From Tubulanus polymorphus (lineage: Eukaryota; Animalia; Nemertea): DNA of 64,000 nucleotides. Below are positions 49,910-62,184 of the stretch, piece by piece (position 1 is the first letter of the stretch; each line of letters starts with the position of its first letter). Under the pieces are notes generated by a model that worked only from the letters and a program-made list of their open reading frames with translations, was not told where the DNA came from and made no database searches. The stretch spans positions 19,058,560-19,122,559 of the forward strand of contig NC_134027.1 in assembly GCF_964204645.1 (NCBI RefSeq), in the 5' to 3' direction. Both the position numbers and the translations under genes were made by a program.

Positions 49910-51574
49910 ATCACTGGAAAATGGCCAGACGAGCAGATTTAACCACTGGCTGTTCGGATGATGCCGAAAGTTCCCCTGAGACAGAAATGATGGGAAATTC
50001 GGAAGAATCCTGGGGTTGTCACACAGTAGGTTGAGAAGTAGTAGGAACCATTTCTGAGCCGGCTAACATGGTGCTACCAGAACTATGTTGCAATTGACTG
50101 ATCCCTCTACTTGATCCAGCAAGTGCGGGAGGACTGTTGTGGGCGGGTACGTATCTTTTGCCGAACATGTCTCGACCCGATTGGTTACTTCTTGGTGGAG
50201 AACCCATTTTGTCGCAATAGCCTGACCTCAACGAGAAAGAGCATTGGCCATCACGTTCCTTTTCCCTGCTAAATGTGCCAGTCAGGGAAACGCCCTTTGC
50301 CTGGCACCAAAGAATTTTGGCTGACAGATCTGTGAGGGTTTTTGAGTGAGTGCCCCCTTGATTCTGAAGGTAAGCCCAAACCTAACCAAACGTGGTGACC
50401 CTCCACTCTCCTGTGATAGAACTTCAGGGCCTTCCACACCGCCAGCAGTTCCAGGAAACTATGTGGTTGGTTGCCTTATAGCGAGACCAGCTCCAGGCTT
50501 TGACTCGGTTCTCCAGATGCGCCCCCACCCTTGGTGACTGGCATCTGTGAATACACAAACTGGGGCCTCTATCAGATCCAGTGAAACCCCGTGACAAAGA
50601 TTCGTGGTTGTCGCCCACCAATGAAGATCTGGACTTAGATCGGTTGGAGGTACGGGAATCAAGGTCTCCCAGTTGCCCTTCGACTGAGACCAGAAGACCT
50701 TCCCATATTGTTGCAAGCGCCTGCTTCTGAGGCGGCCTAAGGGCACCACCAGACCCATGGAGCTGATGGAGCCTAGAAGGCATGACCAGTAAAGAGCTGT
50801 TCTCGGGGTTGTGGAAACTCCCGCTATGGTTACTTGAAGTTTGGCTACTCAAGCCATGGACGGAAGGACTTTGCCGATTCGGAGATCAAAGTCCATGCCT
50901 AGATAAGTGAACAGTTGGGCCAGTGTCAACTGAGATTTTTCCCTGTTTACGCAGAACCCTAGCTGATGGACTAAGTCCAAGACTGAGGTCATTGCCTTTA
51001 GACATTCTTGAGCTGAGTTTGCGACTATTTACCAGTCGTCGAAGTTAACGAACAGTCGAACACCTCTGGACTGAAGTACCTTCTGAACGGACTTGACCAA
51101 CTTGGTGAAAACCCACGGGGCCGTACTGAGGCCAAATGGAAGGGACCTGAACTGGAACTGGCGGCCTTTCCACTTTATCCTGAGAAATAACCCAGATTTT
51201 GGGTGAATTGGAACCTGAAAATAAGCATCTTTCTGGTCCAATAAAGCTGCCCATTGACCCGGACGGAGCCTTTGAATCACGTCCTTGGATTTGGTCATCC
51301 AGAACCTTGGAATGTCTAGGTGCCGATTGAGGGATGACTGATCAATCACCGTCCGTTGACTCCCTGTGGCCTTTGGTACCATGAATATTTGAGAAAACCA
51401 GCCGGGAGAAGTTCCGTTGCAAACTGGTTCTATCGCTCCTTCTTGGCCAATTCCTTGAGAGCCGGAGAGATTAAAGCTTCCTGACCTGGCTTTGGCCACA
51501 TGTCGGGAGGTGACCTCATCAGGCACGGTCGCCTTAGGATACGGAGACCAGTGGGTGGCTCCTGCTGCAGACAA
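49910..51574 (-). pseudogene. DIRS pol remnant: RT, RNase H and partial Dam-like methyltransferase
   Basis: GWFSQIFMVPK..G..R.VID...LN, D.KDAYFQVPI, QFRSLPFGLSTAPWVFTK, NFDDW (degenerate YLDD), VFTDAS..GWG, HLAGKRNVMANALSR, PP..VL...IVLVAP..PAQKWF. Confidence 0.88.
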
Positions 51575-51699
51575 CCTCCCACTGGTCCCGAGAATTCATT
51601 TAGAGTTTTTCCAGAGGTAAGAGCCCCTTTTTGGAGCCTTCCCCTTGCCCCGATAGGAATCGGAACTGTTATGACCAGACGAGGCTTGACGGGATTGTT

Positions 51700-53431
51700 A
51701 GAGCTATGCACTAGTTCCCCAACCGGCATCTGTAGCTGCCTGAGAAAAAGTTTGAGTTGATCCTGTTTGAGTCCGTGCCGAAACCTTGCGCCGCCGGGCG
51801 ATACGCTTTTCCATGGAGCTCAGATGGTGGACTTGGTCTGGACCTCTCGAATCTTCCTCAGCTCAGCAGAAACAGGAGCACACCAACTGGAGAAGAGACG
51901 CGAAGAAGTCCCCAATGGAGCTCTCAGTAATGAATTGGACACCATATCTGGTAGACGAGCTTTGGAACTGGAGTCCATAACTGACTGATGGGAGGCTAAC
52001 ACAAGATTAGCCTGACCCCGAACCGACAATGGAATGACATGTGAAACAGACCAAGCCAAAGATTGGATAATCTGGTCCATTCCCTCTAGTTTTAGGGCAA
52101 CTAACTCTGGGTCCGAGGCCCAATGGACGGCGGCGAGAGTTTTGCAAAGCTCGCCTGTCAACAACTGCCATATCCTGAAAAGAACCAACCCTGGTAAATA
52201 CGCTGAGCGAAATGCGCCTGTAGGCGGATTGGTTGAACTCAAATATTTTCCACATTTGAAACCCCGTTCTGGAGGGGGAAAAGAAAACGTTCCAGGGGAA
52301 CATTCACACCATAATTTCGTACATAATTGAGCCCATTCTCTTGAAACCACTGACGATTCGCTTAAAAAATTAAGATCAGAGTCCAGAGGGCGATAAGCTT
52401 CCATTGACTCACCAACCAGAGGAGCTGCTGTGGGCTTAGCGCGAGTTGCTCCGTGTTCGACAAAAAAAACTCACTGATCATTGCTCTAAATGGCATGTCC
52501 CCTGCGGGTTTGGATAAAACTGAAAGGGACGGAGATACGTTGCGAGCCAGGGAAGTCTCCCTTGTATGGGGCAACCAAAAAATTGCTTGCGGCAGGAACG
52601 ACACCAGAAGAAATTGCCGCTTCTGGGACCAGATCCTCATTAAAATCAGATCCTACCCTAGCATCTAAGAATTCAGAGTCAGAATTCCGAATAACTTCTA
52701 ACCGTACAATCAGGAATGGGCTTACCTGTTGTAGAAGTTGTAGTAACGACTTGTTGCGACAACGATTACAGGTTTAAAATTTATTCTGATCTGCGTGAAG
52801 GAGACCCTGCGCGTTTACTACGATCACGGCGTCTGGACCTGGTGGGAGAGCGAGATCTATCCCCTGAGCGACGATAACTATGATTCATACCGTCAGAATC
52901 AGACGAAACGCACGCACATGTTCGAACCGGAAGTTCAGAACCGGGCGACATCTGGACCAGACCGGTGCCGGCCGGCCGGACCGGCTGGCTTGTGCTACCA
53001 GTATCTCGACTACCGCGACGAGCGCTCGGTTCAGAGCCTGTAGTCTGAACCGGCCGAACCGGCCGAACCGGTGCCGGGGAACTAGCGATCCTCCCCGGTG
53101 AACGGAGTTGGGAAGCCGACCATGCAAGTACTGCCGGCGACCGCTCTTCTATACGATATGAAATAGAATTAAAGACGTTGATGGGCGCATCGACCGAAAC
53201 CGACGAATCTCTACTATTAATGCGATGAAGATCTTTCAGTTTCCGAGCCTTATCGGCCTGAATACAAAGGTCCTCGAACTAACCCTCGCAAGTCTTGCAA
53301 GGATTAATCCTGGAGCAAATTTGCACCGATTTATGCCTACACGCCGCACACGAAACGTGGTCATCCCAGGCTCCGAATAAATGACCACATCCCTCCCCAC
53401 TATGATGCTGACCTTTAGAAGGGGGCGGCAT
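51700..53431 (-). pseudogene. DIRS gag-like ORF1 remnant
   Basis: ATG at 53431 gives MPPPSKGQHHSGEGCGHLFGAWDDHVSCAACRHKSVQICSRINPCKTCEG*, a Cys/His-rich N-terminus typical of DIRS ORF1. Followed by a low-complexity region and the segment ANLVLA...LLRAPL...LFS. Multiple breaks. Lower boundary approximate. Confidence 0.7.
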
Positions 53432-54049
53432 TATTTATTCAATCAATTAATAATAATAAATTTAATTTAATTTAATTTAATCAAATTAGCTTATTTCGAT
53501 AAAAGAAACGAGGGATAGCCCGAAACCGTACGGACTCACCGTTACGAGGGTGAAAACTCCCTCAACTTCCTAAATGCCTTGTAATTTTTTGCGAAAAATC
53601 CTGAATGCTTGTGGACAAATTCTGAACGATTGCTATTGTAATACACATGTACTGGGAGCCGTTATGTTTGTCCAATTTCTGTTTTCCGAGTCATACGTAT
53701 CCAGTAGATTTTAGTAATTTCTTAGTCAAATGCGGTACATACTTCCTATGCCAATTTTGTACATGCATCGCATATAATATATAATGAAAAATGTTTAAAA
53801 AATTTTCAATATTTTTCCCTTAAAAATCAATCATTAATATAATTAAATACTTTAACATGCTATTATGTTATATGTACCAGTATGGTTATGTACATACATT
53901 GCATTTTCGGAAATATGCAGTGAAACAACACTGGCCTGTCAATCAAATTATCATAGGCAAGGGATTTTGAGTTCAATATTAGTTCATTAAAGAGTCAAAT
54001 CATAATAAATACCCTACAATAGAATGTAACAGAAAGAATAAACACTTAC

Positions 54050-54192
54050 CTTCATAAGTGGCATAGTTGAACCACCGAGAAACAAGACAGTAAATAAAAC
54101 AATAATAAGAGTAGATGTTACAAGTACATGCCGCTTCTCCGCTTCAAATTCTAAATGTAAGCTCAACGCAAATGCTATAGCACCACGCAATC
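54050..54192 (-). CDS. SLC9A8: NHE8 coding exon
   Basis: ttccAG|(G)LRGAIAFALSLHLEFEAEKRHVLVTSTLIIVLFTVLFLGGSTMPLMK|GTaagt. Completes the CPA1 motif WFSGLRGA. Confidence 0.96.
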
Positions 54193-54290
54193 CTGGAATT
54201 AATATTAATATTTTCTATAATAAATGTCCAGATTCATACATGTATAGTATCGAAACCAATTAAACAAAAGATGCTCAAAGGACTTCCCTA

Positions 54291-54877
54291 CAGGGATGAT
54301 AACAGAGCATCATTAAAAAAGGCGGAAAATTTTAAGTCTCGTAATAACTTAGAAATAATGAACGCCATAGGCGTGGAGTTATAACGGGGAGTCTGGTGGT
54401 CCTCCCCCAGAAAATTTTGATTTTTCACATCGTCTCAGATCGTTTTTCAGCAGTTTTAACATTGAAATTTCACTCAGAGAATCAAACAACATCATCCGAT
54501 GTTTTACCATTAACACACTGCTAGTTTCAAGACAAGTCAAAATGCTCATCATCAATTGATCTATTCATTTGCATAAGAAAAACAATGTAGGCGGCGCACC
54601 GTTACGGGCCGCAAAAGCCGTTTTTCAGCACTACACGCGAGCAACACTCGTTAAAAAAATCAATAATGTAGATACATATATCCACAGACACACGACCGGG
54701 CAACAGATAGATAAAACTTCGTTAACGAAATGATCGCATTTAAAAATAGATCGAGAAACGCTTTTATGGTCATACCAATCTATCCTTAAGATGCCATTAT
54801 CCACCCCTCCCCCATTTTTTTCAACGGATTTGCATCGATCTGAGAAATGATAAAAATTTATTGAAAAGGCATCCCTG
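54291..54877 (-). mobile_element. Non-autonomous relative of the 17160-25697 hAT element
   Basis: TCCCTA|CAGGGATG...CATCCCTG|TCCCTA (6-bp TSD). 54291-54530 matches the reverse complement of the right end (25485-25697). 54725-54850 matches the left end (17195-17250 joined to 18850-18915). Confidence 0.88.
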
Positions 54878-55016
54878 TCCCTATGAATGTTAATGGATCA
54901 CTAAAGAAACAGACTAGCAGACAAGAATGTCTGAAGATTTAGATTAAACTAGCAATAGTTAGATTCAGTTAAGTCACTATAGCTGGGATCATCATTACAC
55001 TGATGACTTGTACTGA

Positions 55017-55150
55017 CATTTATTATAATCATTACCATCTGGCATCATCAATATTTAGTGAAAAATGAAAGGTTTTTCAGTGCTGTACCAGGATGCCAAT
55101 TAAATTAAATTATATTGTGGAAAATGCTGGTTATTTGGAGGTGTAATGGG
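55017..55150. repeat. Left arm of a ~135-bp inverted repeat pair
   Basis: Reverse complement of about 57442-57577. Confidence 0.85.
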
Positions 55151-55296
55151 CTAATCTGCTAGCTTTTGAAAAAAAATGTTCCCTCTAATCACCTATATTA
55201 TCTGTACACCCAAGTATTTAAGCAACATGTCCATGAACCTTGAGACAATGTGGAGTGGCTAAATTATAATTCTCTTGCTTTTTCATGAGCTCTTAA

Positions 55297-55706
55297 CTCA
55301 TTGCCTGCCAAAACCGTACTGGTACGGTTGACTTTCTTAACTCTAACGATAGATGGCGAATTCATCGCACAACACCAGTTGGTTAATGCCTTTAACTACT
55401 AAAACAGACTATCATCGGTCATTCTATGCAGTGTGTTAGTGCCGTCATCTAAACTGAACACGCATGAATGGGCATATTTTCTGCAAAATACCCCCTCTGC
55501 ACTGGTGATTGCTACAGATTTTATCACTCTTAGTAGAAATGCTGCTTATTTTACATGAAAAAGCAAGACCAGACGAACAAAATAAAACAAATTTGATGAA
55601 GATATCCCTTCTAGTTTTTGTTTTATGAATCTCTGAAAAATGCGGAAATCCTGGCAAAGCGCCAAAGCGCAGCATTTCCTGAAAAATAGGCCTGGGAGGC
55701 AAAGAG
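55297..55706. mobile_element. TTAA-flanked MITE (piggyBac-like)
   Basis: TTAA|CTCATTGCCTGCCA...TGGGAGGCAAAGAG|TTAA. Confidence 0.7.
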
Positions 55707-55787
55707 TTAATATGACAATATACATGTTACACATTTGTGCTTAAATGTAATTTAGTATTTTATAAGTGGAAACAATCATATTTGAAA

Positions 55788-56205
55788 AATAAATTGCCCA
55801 TGGGCAAAGTGTGGTTTACCTTGAAAGCTAGAGGTTGTTTGGAGTAAGGGCATTGCTTGAAAAATCTTTTTAATTCGTGACTTCAAAGCTCTAGAAGTTT
55901 ATATTGTATTCTATCTTTCTTAAAGAATTATTTTGTAGTCAAATAAGACCAAAGATAAACATTTGTTTATGGTCTACGTCCAAAATTTCTTAGGGTAAAT
56001 AAATTTTGCCGCCAAAAACAGTTTTCGTCGAATTTAAGCAAAGTTGACCACGTCATCGACGGAGGTTCGTCATGTCTTCAATCGCATCGATTATATGTCG
56101 TTTTACCCGAGAACCAATGAAAAAAATGCTCACATTAAAAAACGTACCGCAATTTTACATGAATTGGCTCAATGCCAACCTCATACTGCTGAAAAGGTAA
56201 ACCAA
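55788..56205 (-). mobile_element. HINE-like family C, internally deleted copy
   Basis: 55788-55995 matches 62185-62392 and about 56000-56205 matches about 63165-63372. Both termini retained. Confidence 0.85.
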
Positions 56206-56311
56206 CAAGAACTAAAGAACATAGGCTTGCTGATATGCTCAGCCGCGTGAGGGACTACGATATACCAGGTTTATAGAGTTTATAGAGTTAGTTGGTTTGT
56301 TACTGGAGTAA

Positions 56312-56810
56312 GGGACCATCTCAAAATTTCGACACCTGTTCCTATACAAATAACTCGCGTATAGGGGTGGTCTGTCAATACCTCTTGCGAAAAGAAATCA
56401 AATTTAGAACTGTCGACCAGTAGGATTCGTGGCAAATTGCAAAGCGGCGAAGTCCTTAACCGGCAATTACCCTTAACTGGCAATTACCCGTATTTCCGGG
56501 TTTGAAGTTTTGTTGCACTGCGCGAAAATTATGTCGTTTCAAACGGATTTGTAAATATAGATTTTGTTAATGTTTTGATTTTGTTCTAACAGTTCTGTTT
56601 CTCTAATTCAATAAAGTTTTGAAATATTATAAATTTATGAGTCAATATGTAGTAAATTTCCACATGTCACGTTTTATCTTTGATTGTATCCAACCATCAG
56701 AATCAACACTTCCAAAATACAGGTCCATTGAATACATGGGGTGGGTGGGTGCGTCAGGACTTTTAGAGTTATTCGTATAGGAACAGGTGTTGAAATTGTG
56801 AGATGCTCCC
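56312..56810. mobile_element. PIF/Harbinger-like MITE
   Basis: TAA|GGGACCATCTCAAAATTTCGACACCTGTTCCTATACAAATAACTC...GAGTTATTCGTATAGGAACAGGTGTTGAAATTGTGAGATGCTCCC|TAA. TIR about 45 bp. Confidence 0.85.
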
Positions 56811-57441
56811 TAAGTAGCAATTGGTAAGAATTCGTGAGAATTGCTAATATGTTTGATTAACAATAATTTAGCGACATTGTGATAGTTCAAAGATCATAAA
56901 CGATACCAGGTGGGTATGATTGTAATAAATCCAACCATCAATTTATGTTTTTGTAAGATCAGTGGCCAGATTTGAGGGAGAATAATTTTGTTATTGTGAC
57001 AATACAAACACATGGCTAGACAGTATAATACAAGATACTGCGCAAATGGTGTATTAAGTGCAGTGATACAAGAACCGGGCCATTAAAAATGGAAAAAACA
57101 GTCAGATTTTTTTTTTTCTTATTTCACTAAAAAGCAACCGATTTACTGACTAAATAAAAGGGAGCTTGCCGATTTAACTGTATATAATCTCTGAAAGTTT
57201 GAGAAACCTACGAAGTCCATAACTTACGTAAGTTATCATGTTTCCAAGCTAAAAAGTCCAGTTGGTGATAGCAATAATGGCCTTGGTAGCAGGCCCATGA
57301 TAAAACTTGTTTTATTTTGTTTAGAAAACCAGTGATTGTTGCTTTGCAGTTATATCTACGAATTGAAAATGATGAATACTTCAGAATTTTCATTCTGTCA
57401 CATTCATTTGCGTCATGTCAGAATAAAGTTGATTCGGGGGC

Positions 57442-57577
57442 CCCGTTACATCTCCAAATAACCATCATTTTCCACTGAATATAATTCAATTGAATTGGCA
57501 TCCTGGTACAGCACTGAAAAACCTTTCATTTTTCACTAAGCATTGATGATGCCAGATGGTAATGATTACAATAAATG
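57442..57577. repeat. Right arm of a ~135-bp inverted repeat pair
   Basis: TTGGCATCCTGGTACAGCACTGAAAAACCTTTCATTTTTCACTAA...TTGATGATGCCAGATGGTAATGATTA is complementary to 55017-55150. Confidence 0.85.
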
Positions 57578-57792
57578 CAATCAATAATTTTGTTTGTGAA
57601 ACATAAGTGGCCAGATTATAGGGGAAAATGATGTTGTTATTCTGACAATCCAAACGCATGGCTAATTAGCATAATACAGGATACTGCACGAATGCCAATT
57701 AGAGCACCAAACCACACCAAAAGCCAATTGGACGGTAATGGTATTCTCTGGATGGAACAAATCTTTACGAAAAAAATAGAAAAGTCACTCAC

Positions 57793-57904
57793 CACTGAAC
57801 CACATTATAAACTGATTGCGTCTCGTAATTTTGTGTTCACGGAAGTAATTTAGAACAAACGAAAGCGGGAATATGTTCATAGCTCGGCCGATTAGAATGA
57901 GCAC
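57793..57904 (-). CDS. SLC9A8: NHE8 coding exon
   Basis: tttcAG|VLILIGRAMNIFPLSFVLNYFREHKITRRNQFIMWFS(G)|GTgagt. Confidence 0.95.
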
Positions 57905-58323
57905 CTGAAACAAGACAATACTGAAAAATGAACAATACAGTAAACTACAGACATGCAAATCATCATTGACTGTGTCGTATTTATGCCTCATTACTAATCA
58001 TATACAATGTAAATTTTTTCTAGGAACATTTAATTTATTCAATAATGAAATCTTATGGATATTATATTCTTCATCATATTTATGACCATTCCTATCAAAA
58101 TCTAGGTTGCAATGATCAAATTCTCCTCCATTGGCTTAGAACATATTGAAACCTTAACCCGAGTTGTTGCCTAATAATGAGCCAGCGTTCATAACCTCAA
58201 GGCCAGTCATTTCAGGTAACTTTCAGTTTAAAAAAAGTTAATTATCAGTATTAAAAAAGTTCTACAGGTGTAGTATCATACAAAGGTATTGTATGAAAAG
58301 CAGTGTCTTGATTATCCATATAA

Positions 58324-58930
58324 CAGGGTTCGTAGCCTCAAGACCAACCAAAATTCAAGGCCATTCAAGGCCATTTGAGATGCACATTCGAGGCTTTTTA
58401 CCACCATGAAAAACATCTTTACGGCAATATTTACTCGCTTCATCCATTCAAAAAAAAGCCTTAACAGGGTTCATTGCGCCACAGCTGACCCGAATTCACT
58501 GATATTCACTGACACGGCCAACTACAGCAACTTCAAGACATTTGATAATTTTGAGCCAGTGACTGAATGCCTACACTAATCACTTTTTAATTGGTTGAAG
58601 TACAGACTTTCTTGGAAATATAACGGGGAAAAAATAAGTGTGAAAACTGTATTGGGTTGAATTCAAATGATGGGAGAAAACTTACTTTTTGCAAATAATT
58701 AAGATGGAAATATCAAGTTAATATTTTTTCAAAAATCAAATCTGATGTAAACACCAAGCAGATGTTTTTTGGCGGGATTTCAGAGGGGGATCCATGGTCC
58801 AAGTCAATTGACACCATCTCCGTGAAAAGCGCTATACATGCAGTAATAACATACAACTGAATGATGATTCATCATGAATATACATAGTAGTATTCAAGGC
58901 TATTCAAGGATTTCAAGGCTACAAACCCTG
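58324..58930. mobile_element. hAT-like MITE with 5-bp TSD
   Basis: TATAA|CAGGGTTCGTAGCCT...AGGCTACAAACCCTG|TATAA, with subterminal TTCAAGG repeats. A related lone right end GGCTATGAACCCTG ends at 1478. Confidence 0.78.
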
Positions 58931-59689
58931 TATAATGGTCAGTCCAACAGACACTGAGCAGAGCTGATTGCATTCAAAATTATGAAAAATGCTATACGGT
59001 GTACCGCTATACAATGTAGCAATTATTTTTGACTCAATAGGATCATCTATTGATTACATATGAACACATGAATGGGGAGAGGTCCTGGAAGGGAGACTAT
59101 GTTCAAATGTGTACATATCTGTAGTCTGCATGGGGAGGGGTTAGAGAGGTGAGGCATACATAAAATGTAATATGATGTATGAATGAGTGACTCAGTAAGT
59201 GAATAGATACATTTCTTTGTTTTAAATATTACATAAACATCGATACAGAAACGCATTGAAATCCTGAATTTTCTAGTTCTTTTTTTGCAAAATTTGTTCA
59301 ATTCCCTGGGTTATTCCTGATTTTTCTGATTTCTTAACTTTTCTTGGTTTTCCCGGTCAGTGGCCAACCTTTCGGGGATAGTAGTTACGCAAAGCAGGGG
59401 TACTGACAAAGTAGGTTTAGAAAATCAAGATTTTATGCGTACGTAATAAATGATTGATCCCTTAGCAATCTTATAGAAAGCAATATGTTGTTGCAATGTA
59501 ACAGCCGTGTTTTACAATCAACATTTGCCGATTTTAGTAATTGAACAGGTTTGCAACATGTCAGCCATCAAACAACTGGTGTACCAGCCAGCCATAAAAA
59601 TGATCTGATCACTGAGATTGTCAATAGTTGTGAACATCTGTGGCAAAATATTTGTGGCCAGATTTTTTTACATCGGATCAATTACTTAC

Positions 59690-59772
59690 TATGCTCCATA
59701 TGACAAATGACGGTTTTACGATGTGCTTGAAACTAAAAATAGCCAATCCAAGATAGGCAAACACACAAGTTT
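59690..59772 (-). CDS. SLC9A8: Sodium/hydrogen exchanger 8, most upstream exon found in window
   Basis: Minus strand tttacAG|...|GTaagt. (E)TCVFAYLGLAIFSFKHIVKPSFVIWSI versus human ETCVFAFLGLSIFSFPHKFEISFVIWCI. Confidence 0.93.
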
Positions 59773-60064
59773 CTGTAAAAATAAAACACAACAAACACTT
59801 GATGTAGGTATAACTTTGTCAGGCACTGATCCACGATATTCCAGTTTCTATTCCCTTTCAAATCTAGCTCCAGCATTAAAAAAAGAGACATGTTGAGATA
59901 AAACAGATGAATTGCAAAAAAGCATTCACCCATAAAATTTTGCTCTGATTCATAAATATTCTTTAATAATCTTCTTATATCCTAATAATGTACAGGCTGT
60001 TTATCCGTAAAACCTTCATGAAGGACCAATGGTCCAGTGGCTCGCCAAACCATAGTGTGAAGTA

Positions 60065-61010
60065 AACAAGAGCCCCAAGGGGCACCATGGCCAGCCTGTC
60101 AGCTTTTCATAAAATGATGCATTCATAAGATTTTTTGAAATTTAAAATTTTCATAAAATGGCAAATGATGCATTCTGTGGGTTAAATTTGTCAAAATACA
60201 CTCCCAGCTCGATAGACTAGTCAATCCCAGGCTAATAATTCACACAATTCAATTGTGCTTTCAGAGCACAGACAGCAACTGGAGCTGGCAAAAAAACAAA
60301 TACCTCAGATAAATCTTTTCCCTTGGTCTTAGTGATTTGAATGCCGAATAGATTGAATTTTCTGAAATTTGCTCAATAAAACAAAATTGAATTGGATTCG
60401 CTGTTTAACCTTGTCCAATAAAGTAAAATTGAATTGGATTTGATATTTTTTTTGCAGAATAAAATTTCATTGAATTTATAGTTTGAGCACATGGCTAATT
60501 ATCATATCAAGGTCATCAATCCGATTTGAGAAAAAGCTTTCTTTCCCGGACTTTGCACAAATGTCAATGATATTTTCTTTAGTGCAAATAAAAATATTCC
60601 TCCCAAAAAACCAAATCAACTAAAGATTTCACAGAAATCGATATTGAAATACAATTTTAGATCTTAAAATAAAACCCGGAAGTAAAACGGTAGACGATAC
60701 CACGTGTTTACGTGAACACCTGCTGATCTCTGCGGCTAAGCCAATCATAGAGGAGTCTTTGCTTTCTGATTGGCTTTTTAAAACAGATATTTTAGCGATC
60801 AGGTTTCGCGAAAAAACTCATATAAATTTTAATGAGGCCCTCTTTCAAAATTCAGCTTCATAGGGGTTGGAGAATGGATTATGCTCTAATGAATGATTTG
60901 TATGAATATATGCTCAGTTGCACAGTCAAACAGCCTTTACTCTGGAAACCATGTCATTTAAATTCGCTCCATTTGTATAGTAATAGGCTCAGCCTACGGC
61001 TGGCCTGAAA
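60065..61010 (-). mobile_element. HINE-like element family E
   Basis: Minus-strand 5' TTTTCAGGCCAGCC-gta-GGCTGAGCCT. 3' GGCTGGCC-atggt-GCCCCTTGGGGC-TCTTGTT. Second partial copy at 13913. Confidence 0.75.
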
Positions 61011-62184
61011 ATTTTTCATGTATAGGCTTCTAGAACGAACAAAATTTATTTCATTGAAAATTAAATAAGAAAAATATATCAAAAAGGACTTAATTTTGGT
61101 CAGTGATAACTGACTTTTTAACGAGAATGAAATCTTGATTGATCTTGGGAATTTTTGTCTCAACAAAATAATATTCATAGTTCTTATACATTCATAGAAT
61201 GGCATATTAAACAACTAAAACTATGAGTACCCGGCAAAGTGAGAGCCTGGGTTTCATCGGAGGTTTTTCATTATCATACGGCTCCTCCCAAGTCTATGCA
61301 AATTTTAGGCCAGTGCTGGTTACTGACAATGTTAACGACTGACATGGTTTTTAATAATTTCACGATAGGATTGCTTTAAGTAGGCAGGCAAGCTTACATC
61401 TTTACTCAGAATTGTTGTTACTCGCGACCTGCGCCTTGGCGCGCTTTATCTATAACTGATACATGCAGGCAGTGAACAGAAGAGTATAAGGCGATATTGC
61501 CTATGCGACTGTGCACGACTGTTTTCAACGCAAACGCTCATCACTATGCTGCGATTAACAAACTTATACAAATAATCAGTCTCCAAAAAGGATCCTAAAT
61601 GCGAACGTCAATAAAATCACTTCAATTAATGATGATGAAACAATTATTTCAGTCGTGTAAATATATCACACTCATCTTAAAAAAGTCAATGCTATCAGCT
61701 GATCAGTATCATCAGTGAATCAGCCGTGTGGCGAACACAGAAGTAAATTTCCGCAAATTGAAAACAGAATTTCGTCAGATATCTTGATGCAACGTTACCT
61801 TATGCACGGGATTTCGAAACTAGATGAATCATTGAACACATCGCACACAATGAATCGTTATATCATACGCCTTGAGCATCAGTATTCACGCTAGAAATGA
61901 TGAATATGAACCTCTTCAATTGGGCCGCCATTTTGTTTAGCACCTGCTGATCCACCTCATTTACATATTCAACAAATGCTATGACGTCATGGTGGAGTTC
62001 AAACCGGATCAACACAAATTATACATAACCGAGATTTTGGGGGGGGTTTCGTCTTTGAAAGCCCATAACTACCAAACAAAGCATCGGATCTTGACGAGAT
62101 AAAGTTCTTCAGACACATAGAGCATTGAATTTTCGCATAAGTTATTTTGGATAATTGAATTTGGTTAATTAAAGATACTGTATA

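Larger units (their letters stand above)
48508..53450 (-). mobile_element. Decayed DIRS1-like tyrosine-recombinase retrotransposon in an SLC9A8 intron
   Basis: Gene order gag-like, RT, RNase H, methyltransferase remnant, YR. A 41-bp inverted pair at 48508-48548 and 48713-48753 resembles the right end plus ICR. Left terminus not identified. Confidence 0.9.

Noticed and set aside
51500-53127. Several overlapping plus-strand ORFs of 60-100 aa
   Set aside because: Antisense shadows of the GC-richer DIRS gag region with no recognisable motifs.
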